Below are positions 1-11,345 of a stretch of 64,000 nucleotides of DNA, piece by piece. The notes below the pieces were generated by a model. It worked only from the letters and a program-made list of their open reading frames with translations, ran no database searches and had not been told where the DNA came from. How positions within the stretch are numbered: position 1 is the stretch's first letter; every line of letters starts with the position of its first letter. Made by a program: the position numbers and the translations under genes. The stretch is from Mytilus californianus (lineage: Eukaryota). The DNA lies in the NCBI RefSeq assembly GCF_021869535.1, contig NW_026262745.1:7998001-8062000 (forward strand). The letters run 5' to 3'.

Positions 1-423
1 TTCAAATATATGCTTTAAATAAAAATAATAATGTGCGATATGAACTAGCACAATTCTAAAGCTTTAACGGCGACGACAGTTATGATGTTACAAGAACGAT
101 TGCGTCAATAAGAATTCCAAATAAACAGCACTGAACGATCTAAATTTGTAAATATTTCAAATTTGACAACGGTAGAGTAGTTGCAACAGAGTCTGCGTAT
201 TTAAACATCGCAAACATACGGCCGTTAAGATATAATAATAAATTTTGACTAAGGTTAACTAGTTGAACGTGGCTTGGTTCTTTTACATCCCTCAAAAAAT
301 TAAGTAATTTAAATTGGTATATTCAACAGATTTATTTTAGAGATGAGTAAGGTAAAGAAATAGAAACAGAGACTGTAATAAAAAGTAATACAACCCAAAT
401 GTGAAGCACTGCATGGAGTCGAA

Positions 424-3178
424 CTACATTTTTTCATTTATCCCATTTGGTGCCAAAGTTGTTAATTTTCTTATCCAAAATCTTTCCCGAGTGAGTCTAT
501 CCTCCCTAGACCAAGCAGAGTTGTGGTCAATGATTGTAATGGTCAGTCGATTGAGATCTGCCTTAGTGTGGCCAGGGGATCTCAAATGTCGACTGAGAGG
601 GAGGTCTGGCTTGCATTGGTAGTCGCTACGATGACCGTTCATTCGTTTGTGAAACGGCTGTTCTGACTCGCCAACATACTGTTTACCACATTTACACTGT
701 AGGAGATACACAACATTTGTAGTCTTGCAATTAACATTGCAAAATATGGTGTATTCTGTACCAGTGGAGTGACTGTTAAAAGTCTGGGTAACCAGTATTT
801 GTTTGCAAGTCAGACATCGTTTGTTTCCGCAACCCTTGCAAGAGCCCACAGACGAAGAGCCTGCTTGAGAGGATAAATCAGCTCTCACCAGCAAGTCTTT
901 AAGGCTTTTGGGCCTACGGAAAGCCAGTACAGGTGGCTCGGGAAAGATCTTGGATAGTTTAGGATGTTTTTCGATTTCTTTCCAATTTTCGCGGATTAGG
1001 TGAGATAAGTTGTCAAATTTTGGATGGTAAGTCAACACAAAAGGCACCCTCCTGTTGACTTTTTTGACTTTATATTGTAAAAGTTCATCTCGGCTGATGT
1101 TGTTAGCACGAGAAAAACCTTTATCATTGTCTTTTCTTTTGTAGCCCCGATGTTTTAGGTGACCGCGAAGTTCTTGTAGTCGTTTTTTTGCAATATCGTT
1201 GGTGGAGCATATCCTTTTTATTCGTATGGCCTGGCTGTAGGGAATGCTCTTGGTGCAATGTTTAGGGTGACAACTCAAAGGAGATAGATATTGATGTTTG
1301 TCTGTGGGCTTGCAATACAGATCTGTAAATATGTTTCCATCCCTCACTTGCGTTGTAGTGTCAAGAAATGTGATCTTAGAGTCAGAGATTTTATATGTGA
1401 ATTTTATTGAGGGATGGGCATCGTTGGCATGTTGAATGAACAAATTTAGTTCTTGTTCAGTATTATCCCACTTCATGTCAATATCATCGATAAATCGGAA
1501 CCAAGAGAGGGGTTGATAAAGAGAAGAATTGAGAATTCTATTCTAATTTCCCCATAAAAATATTGGCATAAGACGGGGCCATCTTTGTTCCCATTGCTGT
1601 TCCATTAACTTGGAGAAAGTGTTCACCATTGAATGTGAAGTTGTTGCATTGTAATACCGAAGTTAGAAGCTGGATGAGACATTCAGTCGGTGGATGTAAG
1701 GTGTTACGAGAGTTCCAGACTTCCCTACAGGCTTCAATACCATTGTCATGGGGGATGTTAGTATAGAGGGAGGTAACATCAAGCGAGACAAGGACCGTTT
1801 CAGGTGGGAGAGGGTTCAAAGATTCCATTTTCTTAAGATAATGTGTTGTGTCTTGTATATAGGATGGTAAATTTTCCACATGTGGTCTCAGATGAAAGTC
1901 AATAAATTCTGATATTTTCTCTGTAGGGTGGTCATTGGCGGAAACAATTGGTCTACCTGGATTATTGACTTTATGTATTTTGGGCAGAAGATAGAAACGC
2001 CCCGGCTTTGATTTTTCAGGTTTTAGATATTCAAATGTGTTTTCATCAATATGTCCCTCTTCACACATGTTTTTCAGGTTTGTGGTGATCTCTTTGTTGA
2101 ATTGAGGGGTGGGGTCAGAGTCTCATTTCTTATAAGATCTCTCATCAGAGAGTTGACGTTCTGCCTCTTGAATGTAGTCACATTTGTCCATGACGACAAC
2201 AGCGCTACCTTTATCTGCTGGTTTTATTATAATGTCGTCTCTGTTTTTAAGTAGCCGCACAGCTTCATTTTCTTCAGACGATAAATTGTTGAATGTTTGG
2301 GAAGTGGCAGTGGACAGATGTGTTACGTCGGATTTAACTTTGTCAATAATATGTTCTAAAGTAGCACATTAACTGGGTTTAGGAATCCATGAACTTTTTT
2401 TCCTGAATCTGGGAATATCGACATCCTCTTGGTCGTCATCTGAGTCGAGATCACTTGTGTCACTATCAGTGGTACTTTTTGTGGTGTCCTTAGAAAAATA
2501 TTCCTTGATTCTGAGGGATCTTGCTAAATTGTCTAGGTCATCCTCCAAAAGTATAGAATCTATTTTGCCCGGCGTTTGACAAAAATTAAGACCTTTTGAC
2601 AGTACCTTAGTCTCGGTCTCCGACAAAGCAACTGAAGACAAATTGACTACAGTGTTTGTAGAGTTCATGCAACTTTGTTTTTTTCTCCTGAATTAGCGAT
2701 TCCGGGATTTTTTTCCGGTTATGATGGTACGATTGAGAGTTAAAGTGGTCTGCTCTCTTACAACAGTGTCTAAAAGTACGCCGTCTCGTTTAAATTTATT
2801 AATTTGTTTTTTGTGTAATTTCCGGGATTCAATGCGCAAGATGTCATGGAGGCGCTCGTTGATGGTGAGCAATTCAGGACCGGAAAGTTCTTGGCATGAT
2901 TTGTTGTAAAGATGGTTATATCTAGTTTGTAAATTTAAATGTTTATGAGACGCTTAAGCGTGTAATAGATCCATCAATTTCACGGAACTACTGTGGAGAA
3001 TATTATTCCATCTATCCATAAATCTGATAGATTTTTCACCGGTGGTAAGGGGTGAAGCTTTTAAAATAAGCCCCATCGGAACAATACCCTGAGACAGATA
3101 AGTTTTTAAATTTGATACATGATGTTCGGTTTTAACTATTTTAAGACTCAAAGCTCTAAGCTTTTTAAAAAAAGACAT
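424..3178 (-). pseudogene. Penelope-like element ORF (RT + Cys-rich linker + C-terminal GIY-YIG endonuclease), broken by stops and frameshifts; Neptune-like
   Basis: ORF pieces 2954-3178, 2369-2668 (VVNLSS..LSKGLNFC), 1538-2068 ([44 protein letters not shown]) and 424-1476. WFRFIDD is read just upstream of 1476. CKGCGNKRCLTC linker; VVYLLQCKCGKQYVGES...RERFWI..L.T..PNGIN endonuclease. Confidence 0.93.
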
Positions 3179-3410
3179 AGTTTGCCTGGTGGTAAGGCTG
3201 AAAGAAAAATCGGATCGCGTGATAAATCACTCGATACAGACTAAGAATAAAAATATATATAAAACGTCTGAATAATAGTCAACGATTTTTCCCACGAGGG
3301 CGCTGGATCGTTACGAGTAACGCTACACGTACACAATAAATAAATTATATAAACGCCTAAAAAGTGTACACAACAACACCAATAACAAAAAAAGGAACTA
3401 TAAATGTAAT

Positions 3411-3455
3411 TATTTATAAATATTTCGGATAACAGATATCCTTCATCAGTAAATA
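3411..3455 (-). ncRNA. Minimal type I hammerhead ribozyme of the Penelope element
   Basis: Minus strand reads UAUUUA CUGAUGA A GGAUA-UCUGU-UAUCC GAAA UAUU UA / UAAAUA: core, 5-bp stem II and 6-bp stem I. Stem III (AUAUUU) is imperfect. Confidence 0.8.
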
Positions 3456-5085
3456 TGATTGTGATGTTGAATGAATCATATATCAGTCTACTTAGATAAA
3501 AATATACCAATCTTGAAATTTATACAATAAAAATGTCAAACCGAACATCAGGTAAGACGCTTGCACAATTCTAAATATGTGTTAAACACGACATAGGTTA
3601 TATGACTAATTACAACAGAGAGTTCAAATATATGCTTTAAATAAAAATAATAATGTGCGATATGAACTAGCACAATTCTAAAGTTATAACGGTGACGACA
3701 GTTATGATGTTACAAGAACGATTGCGTCAATAAGAATTCCAAATAAACAGCACTGAACGATCTAAATTTGTAAATATTTCAAATTTGACAACGGTAGAGT
3801 AGTTGCAACAGAGTCTGCGTATATGGCATCGCAAACAAACGGCCGTTAAAATATAATAATAAATTTTGACTAAGGTTAACTAGTTGAACGTGGCTTGGTA
3901 CTTTTACATCCCTCAAAAAATTAAGCAATTTAAATTGGTATATTCAACAGATTTATTTTAGAGATGAGTAAGGTAAAGAAATAGAAACAGAGACTGTAAT
4001 AAAAAGTAATACAACCCAAATGTGAAGCACTGCATGGAGTCGAACTACATCTTTTCATTTATCCCATTTGGTGCCAAAGTTGTTAATTTTCTTATCCAAA
4101 ATCTTTCCCGAGTGAGTCTATCCTCCCTAGACCAAGCAGAGTTGTGGTCAATGATTGTAATGGTCAGTCGATTGAGGGATCTCAAATGTCGACTGAGAGG
4201 GAGGTCTGGCTTGCATTGGTAGTCGCTACGATGACCGTTCATTCGTATGTGAAACGGCTGTTCTGACTCGCCAACATACTGTTTACCACATTTACACTGT
4301 AGGAGATACACAACATTTGTAGTCTTGCAATTAACATTGCAAAATATGGTGTATTCTGTACCAGTGGAGTGACTGTTAAAAGTCTGGGTAACCAGTATTT
4401 GTTTGCAAGTCAGACATCGTTTGTTTCCGCAACCCTTGCAAGAGCCCATAGACGAAGAGTCTGCTTGAGAGGATAAATCAGCTCTCACCAGCAAGTCTTT
4501 AAGGCTTTTGGGCCTACGGAAAGCCAGTACAGGTGGCTCGGGAAAGATCTTGGATAGTTTAGGATGTTTTTCGATTTCTTTCCAATTTTCGCGGATTAGG
4601 TGAGATAAGTTGTCAAATTTTGGATGGTAAGTCAACACAAAAGGCACCCTCCTGTTGACTTTTTTGACTTTATATTGTAAAAGTTCATCTCGGCTGATGT
4701 TGTTAGCACGAGAAAAACCTTTATATATCTAAACAAGTCTAAATTGAAAACAACGTTCAAACCTATGATTGCGTTGGATAAAAACCGCAATTTTTATACG
4801 TGTGCATGCAAAACAAATTTCTTAGTAGAGGGGTCTAAATACAGAACAAACAACATTTTCCAAATGACCAAAAAAGTGAAAAAGTACATTTTAACAAAAC
4901 GCATTTGACTAGCAGGTCGAACAACGGATGTTCTTAAACCCTGCTAACTGTCATTAGCGATTGACAAATAAACGGATCACCAGATGTAACAAAATGGATC
5001 TTAACTATTAATTTAATACCAAACAGAAAACAATAAATTTGCGGAAAAGATGGTATACCGCAAACAAAGGGTGCAAAAATTAGTA

Positions 5086-5127
5086 CACCATATTTGGATT
5101 TCGACAATTAATGTCTCTTCAGTGATG
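5086..5127 (-). ncRNA. Minimal type I hammerhead ribozyme, retrozyme copy 1
   Basis: CAUCA CUGAAGA GACA-UUAAU-UGUC GAAA UCCAAA UA / UGGUG. Stems I and II are intact; the stem III palindrome is broken. Confidence 0.82.
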
Positions 5128-5624
5128 TTAGGAATTGAAACGGTATTTGGAAGGCCATATGATTTACCTCAACTTAGGATAGACTGTTGATTTTTGAAGA
5201 GTCGAAATAGGATGAACGGATCATATAAACCCGAAGGCAAATATAATACAAGCCCAAACAAAAATATAGAAACAAGTCTAAATTGAAAACAACGTTCAAA
5301 CCTATAATTGCGTTGGATAAAAACTGCAATTTTTATACGTGTGCATGCAAAACAAATTTCTTGGTAGAGAGGTCTAAATACAGCACAAACAACATTTTCT
5401 AAAAGACCAATAAAGTGAAAGAGTATATTTTAACAAAACACATTTGACTAGCAGGTCGAACAACGAATGTTCTTAAACCCTGCTGACTGCCATTGGCGAT
5501 TGCCAAATAAACGGATCACCAGATGTAACAAAATAGATCTTAACTATTAATTTGATACCAAACAGAAAACAATAAATTTGCGGAAAAGATGGTATACCGC
5601 AAACAAAAGGTGCAAAAATTAGTA

Positions 5625-5666
5625 CACAATATCCGGATTTCGGCAATTAATGTCTCTTCAGTGATG
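5625..5666 (-). ncRNA. Minimal type I hammerhead ribozyme, retrozyme copy 2
   Basis: CAUCA CUGAAGA GACA-UUAAU-UGCC GAAA UCCGGA UA / UUGUG. The palindromic stem III AUCCGGAU is intact; stems I and II each have one mismatch. Confidence 0.8.
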
Positions 5667-6119
5667 TTAGGAATCGAAACGGTATTTGGAAGGCCATATT
5701 ATTTTCCTCAATTTATGATAGACTCTTGAATTTTGAAGAGTCGAAATAGGATGAAAGGATCATATAAACCCGACGGCAAATATAATACAAGCTCAAAAAA
5801 AAAAAAAAAAAAAAACAAGTATAAATTGAAAACAACGTTCAAACCTATGATTACGTTGGATAAAAACCGCAATTTTTATACGTGTGCATGCAAAACAAAT
5901 TTTTTGGTAGAGGTATATAGATGAAGGTGGGGTTCAGTAAACTTCCTATTAATCAGTCAGGGTTCAGACGGTTTCTTACGATTACTTGCCAACCAAACTA
6001 GCAGTGAACATCATCAGTAACTTGAAACAATAGTAAGACAACATTTTAGAAATGGCGTTGGTATTAGGATTCATATAGAGAAACTTTTGACTGGCATAAG
6101 TAATCATGCTAAATATAAG

Positions 6120-7109
6120 TCATAAATACCTGATTGGAATACATATTTTACACTTAGGCAGCCAACGTCGGAAATGTTTGTTTATTGTAATATATATGTA
6201 GAAATTTACTGTATAGTTGGAGTATTGGAATAAATATAAAACTGTCGTCGCTAGATTAAGCTGTGAATGACTATAATCCGACGAAATGTTCTGAACATAT
6301 GAATCAACAACAAAAATAATTGAAATCGGCAATGTCGAACACAGAAAATAAACATTCGTAAAGATCAGCATTTTTGTTAAAATATGGCTATTATCGTTAT
6401 TATTGTATCTACTTTCACAACCAGGCATCGACTTTGCACGAAATAATGCTGATTTCTGCAAAATTTGCATCATTGAAATGTTCATGGTTAACATCATTAT
6501 AAAAGGAATTAAAGACAGCAATGCTAAATCTATAAAAGTATAGTATTTTTCCTCGAAGATAAAATATTCATCGGATGTGTTATTGCATAATGTTGTTCTG
6601 TTTTCAGTTGTAATCAAACCATTAGTCCAGAAAAAGTGACAGTCAGCGCAAATACATATAACAATCATACAGATATAACCACAAATAATTTTTAATGATA
6701 TACTTGTCGATACAAACTGTAACGGAAACCGAACTTTTACAAAACGCTCTGCTGTTACACAAACTAAAGTCCAGGAAGATAAGTGCATGGAGAAGTAGAC
6801 CATAAACAAATTGATCTTGCATCCGATATCAGTCAGTGTTCTGACGTCAGTTTCAAACATTTCTATAATCCACTTCCGAGTTAATCCAACACAAAGTACT
6901 GTGGTATCGGAAAGCGAAAGGATCAAAAGAAAGGAGAAGGTTGCATTTTTCCAAAACTCCATACAAATCAATATATAAGTTGTCAAACTGTTTCCAAATA
7001 ACCCTAGAAGAAAAATTATGGGTGCAAATATTATCCATAGCCATGATGATATTTCATCTAGCAAACATCCATTAAGATAAGTACTGGTAAAATTGGCTGA
7101 TATATTCAT
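6120..7109 (-). CDS. Class A (rhodopsin-like) orphan GPCR of the peptide-receptor-like lophotrochozoan expansion
   Basis: 329-aa ORF with 7 hydrophobic segments: GLFGN (TM1), LSLSD (TM2), C-K (TM3 Cys), AERF (DRY position), IPF (TM5), STLP (TM6), NYTVNFYIY (TM7). N-terminal NxS/T sites. Confidence 0.9.
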   Translation of the reverse strand: MNISANFTSTYLNGCLLDEISSWLWIIFAPIIFLLGLFGNSLTTYILICMEFWKNATFSFLLILSLSDTTVLCVGLTRKWIIEMFETDVRTLTDIGCKINLFMVYFSMHLSSWTLVCVTAERFVKVRFPLQFVSTSISLKIICGYICMIVICICADCHFFWTNGLITTENRTTLCNNTSDEYFIFEEKYYTFIDLALLSLIPFIMMLTMNISMMQILQKSALFRAKSMPGCESRYNNNDNSHILTKMLIFTNVYFLCSTLPISIIFVVDSYVQNISSDYSHSQLNLATTVLYLFQYSNYTVNFYIYITINKHFRRWLPKCKICIPIRYL

Positions 7110-10067
7110 AACAACTGAAAAGCATCCATGTATATGTATGACCCTAAATGAAAATTATAAATTTGAACCCTCTTGTAAACAAAATCTTAAATTGATTATC
7201 ACTCATAATTTTCATGATGAATTTCATTTAGTTACTTGTTAAACAGCTGTGTTTATTTTGAAGTATTAATTTACGTGTTTTTTTTTATGTTTTGAATAAC
7301 ATATACTACATTCTAATTCATATTAGATAATTAAAAAAAGCAATTATGAGAATCAATATTCAATCCTTTAAGCTTTTGTAGTTTTGACGATTAATTTTAA
7401 CAAATTTCACTGATAATTCGTTAGTTGTACAAAATTACTGTCATGAGAATTTGCAAAAAGGACTTAATTGTTTTTAGAACCTTTGGCATCTAATTGTTTC
7501 GGACATTAAGCGTCAAACGATTATGCATGAAGCGCTTATATGTTTTATCTGTCACTTGGTTTATTGTTATGTTATTTTCAATTTCAGTACAAAACCAAAG
7601 AAACTACAAGCAGTTAAAATGTATATGTTCTGTTTCGTTATTTAAGCCTTGCTTATGTTTTTCTTATACCTTGGTTCTATGTATTAATTTACAAAATAAC
7701 GTTGTCCAGTTTTACAAGTTATTAGTCTGGTATCATTGTTAAGTTTTTACAACCGCTGGGTAGTAGTTACTGCTAGTGATACGTTTTTTATCACCTTACC
7801 AGCACTTTGTGTTACTAAATTTTTTTATTAAATTCACTGTTTATATAAATTTGAAATAATAGAATCACTAAGAATGTTCTATCAACTAGGCATAGATGGC
7901 CGTCTCCATGTTGGGCAAAACTTTTGAGAATTTTTTGCTCTCAATGCTCTTTAACTCTTTATTTGAATTTGGCCGTCCAACTTGTTATTCGAGCATCACT
8001 GATTAATCGTATGTAACCGAACCAAATTAAAATCAATCGCAGTAAAAGTAATTATTAGGCCAATATACAACAATAGCGCTATCAATATATTCTATTTTCA
8101 AACATTTATTCAAAGCTTCAGCTATCCATTTTACTAAGTCTCTTCTCTATTGACAACATGTATATAGTTTTCATCACACAATTGAATTATGTTTTTGTCA
8201 AACACGTATGTATAAGAAGATATCAGTTTTGTTTTTGGAAAGAATCAAATGAAGTCCGGTAGAAGTATAACATTTAAGGTAAGCTTAAGGCTTTCTATGA
8301 ACTATGAAAACAGTATACAAGATTTTGCTGACGGACACTCTTTGTCATCAAGGATTAAACTATGAAAATAACACTTTATAAATGTGTTTACCACCACCAG
8401 GAACACTCAAACCAAAACAAAAAATGAAATGCAAGGAATAGTAATGCCTGCATATATGAGGAGCTATATATATATATATATATATGACAAAAAGAAACCT
8501 AAAGGGAAAAGCAAAATCCAATTTGCCCCCAGAGAGTTGGGACGTTAGTTTAATCATAATTTATCAATTTATCAACGAAGAATTTTAGAAAAGTATGTTA
8601 TAAACCAGCTCAGTACCGAAGCACTGACTAATGAGCTGATTATTTTTTGAAAACAGCTTTACAAACTTTTAGGTAAGTTTCAAAATGATGATGCAACTTT
8701 TTAGCATTATTGGCGAAAGTCATTTTTTATAAATATAATCGTATAATGACATTTGAATATAATATTGATGACGTTTATTGACCCGAAAGCCATCGAAAAA
8801 TAGCAGATATATACACATGATAAGAAATATTTGTTAATTTGAATGTGTGCATATGTTTTAATCGATAAACACAGATAAATTAACATCCACAATTACATAA
8901 TTTCAATACCGAAAAAGATAAATGAAACATCCCTGTAATGTTGCAATTGCAATCGCGGTAACAATTTTACTGCACCAGATGCGGATTTTGACAATTAATG
9001 TCAAACTGCCAATCGATAATCAATATAAGTCTCCATTATCTATCTATCAGTCTTAGATTTGACATCACAACAATAACAATCTAATAAAAAAAAAAGAGAA
9101 AACGAAAGACTGATGGAATATTATCAAAACTGTATATCATATAAAAAGACATAACCATGTATAAACCATTTCTTACTAAATAAGATGTGTATACAAGTTT
9201 ACGTGTATATAATTCAAAAAGACTTTTATTTTAATAGAAATGCAATATCAGTTACCGTATTCATGATTTTCTAAATTGGAGAGACAGGAATGTACAAATT
9301 TAATTCCTAATTTGTAAAAGAGTTTAAAAAATTTCAATACATTAAAATTTGCATCATTGTAATGAAACTGAACCATAAGTATTGCTGAAAAACATTGCAT
9401 AATCAGTAATTCAGTTAAATTATAAATAAAACATAAGTATTATGTAACACTGTTGTCTGGTTATTCAATAGAATGTGTTTATATATATCATTTTTAGCAT
9501 GTTGCTGTATATCTCGACCGCAAATATCAAATGACGACATATTGCATTTAATTAAAGAGAGTATTTAACTAGACAACTTTAAATATTTTGTTTCTAGACA
9601 CAATTTGATGTTTATATCTCATCATTTTATAATATATGAAATACCTTCGTTTGTTTTTGTAGATTTAAAAAAGGATTATTTTCGTTCAAGGCATGATTTA
9701 ACGTAAGTTTAACAAAAAGTTGCTCCTGAATACATTAAAACTACACAATTAGATAGACAAGAAGATATGGCAGTTCTGAATAATTTAACATATTATTTGA
9801 AGAATACAATACTGACACTGTTATTTTTTAATATTAACTGTTTCATACTCTTGGAGATTAAGATCTTGAACTATTTTAAGACATATGTCGTTTTTTATCA
9901 AAAATAAAAAAAAACATTGTGCGATTGGAAATGACAGTATATTGACATGTAGTTCAGAAGATGCCTCTGTGATTTCTGTTTCGGCTGTACAGTGTGTCAT
10001 ATATCTTTTTATTCATATGTATTGTACATAAGTGATTGGACATTTACCATTCCTCGGCTAAAAAAAA

Positions 10068-10440
10068 TAAGAAGATGCGGAATGATTGTCAAGGAGACAA
10101 TTTTCCACCAGAGACTCAATAACGTAAATTTCTGAAACTATACGCCACCGTAAATCCTTCAACAATGAGCAAAACCCATACCGTAAACCAAACTATAAAA
10201 ACGCCCCGACATCGACATGAAAAATGCAAAACAATTGAAACGGGAAAACTAACGAATTGACTCATGTACAAAACAATCAACGAAAAACAAATATAACACA
10301 AAAAGCAACAAACGACAACCATTGAATTAAAGGCTCCCGGCCCGGATCAAGCACAAATAGAATTTAGTGGGACCAAAAAAAATCTGCATACGCCAAACCC
10401 TCCTCTAACTAGGATACAAGAGCGAACTACAAAAATCACA
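10068..10440 (-). mobile_element. Degenerate copy of an abundant SINE-like repeat
   Basis: Collinear with 31385-31700 and 56585-56880 (AAGAAGATGTGG..GAGACAACTCTCCAC..CAAACGACAACCACTGAATTACAGGCTCC). Confidence 0.65.
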
Positions 10441-10519
10441 AGAAAGGTCCAACCCACAAGACTGATATATTGTTTATGTACATATATATTGTATATATCT
10501 ATTTCTCTGAAATAATTCT

Positions 10520-11345
10520 ATCAAAAACTTCGACTTTTTAACCTTTTACACCACCATACTACGTCAAAAATTGAAATCTGTCATAGAGAAATATACCAGA
10601 ATGCGTTTCTTCATAAAAATAGTACCTTAGGCTATACATTTATTGTTTTAGGATCTAATTAGGTATATTTTGTTAAAACTGAGCACGAAAAAATATGCCA
10701 CACCGAAGAACAAGTAATCATTATGCTGAAGTTTTTCATTAACACCATTTTTTTTAATTTGAAGTTTTTCAAGCATGTTGACGGCATTACTATAGGAACC
10801 AATTACGCACCTCTCCTGGCCGACCTTTCCTTATTTTCACATAAGTCGGAGTTCCTTCAGACACTTGTCAAAAAACAAGATGCTAGATCATTTAATTTCA
10901 CATACAGGTATATTCACGATGTTTTTTTTTCCATAAACAGTCCAAATATTTGATTGGGTTCCATTAATTTATCCTAGAGATTAATGAAACCACAGCCTTA
11001 ATTCTAAAATAGACCTCGAATTTGACTACAACCGTCGTCTCAGTACCAGAATCTATGACAAACGAGACGATTTCAATTTGGAAATTATAAATTTTTCTAA
11101 CCTTAGGAATAACATACTAACTGAACCCGCGTATAGAATATACATTTCTCTACTCATACCATATCAAAGGGCTTGCAGCTGCTACCAAGACTTAATTTAA
11201 TTTAAACATCATCGGCGTCTGTGCGAAGTATTAATGAGCCAGGGTTTTGTCAAAGAACGTATCGTCCTTTTTCATCAAAAAGTTCATCAGAAAATACCAA
11301 AACCTAATAGACAAATATTCAGTGTCTACTTCTCAAACAATATAA
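10520..11345 (+). pseudogene. Degenerate reverse transcriptase of a second Penelope-like family (possibly Naiad-type)
   Basis: ORF 10723-10953 contains GITIGTNYAPLLADLSLFS...FNFTYRYIHDV (decayed GIPMGTNCAP / YIDD). A frameshifted thumb region (YISLLIPYQRACSCYQD) follows. Confidence 0.8.

Larger units (their letters stand above)
1..4724 (-). mobile_element. Penelope-like retroelement in partial tandem (pseudo-LTR) arrangement; continues beyond the window start
   Basis: Bases 1-1124 are repeated at 3623-4724, both ending ...AGAAAAACCTTTAT. The second copy has a 21-bp deletion and scattered substitutions. A 3' end duplicated upstream of the ORF is the typical PLE layout. Confidence 0.92.
4725..5912 (-). 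mobile_element. Non-LTR retrozyme-like tandem array, ~2.2 copies of a 539-bp unit
   Basis: Unit starts (AAACAAGTCTAAATTGAAAACAACG) near 4731, 5270 and 5813. Hammerhead cores at 5116-5122 and 5655-5661 give the 539-bp period. No substantial ORF. Confidence 0.8.

Noticed and set aside
401-4222. Plus-strand ORFs 401-622 and 4022-4222
   Set aside because: They are antisense shadows of the GIY-YIG coding region.
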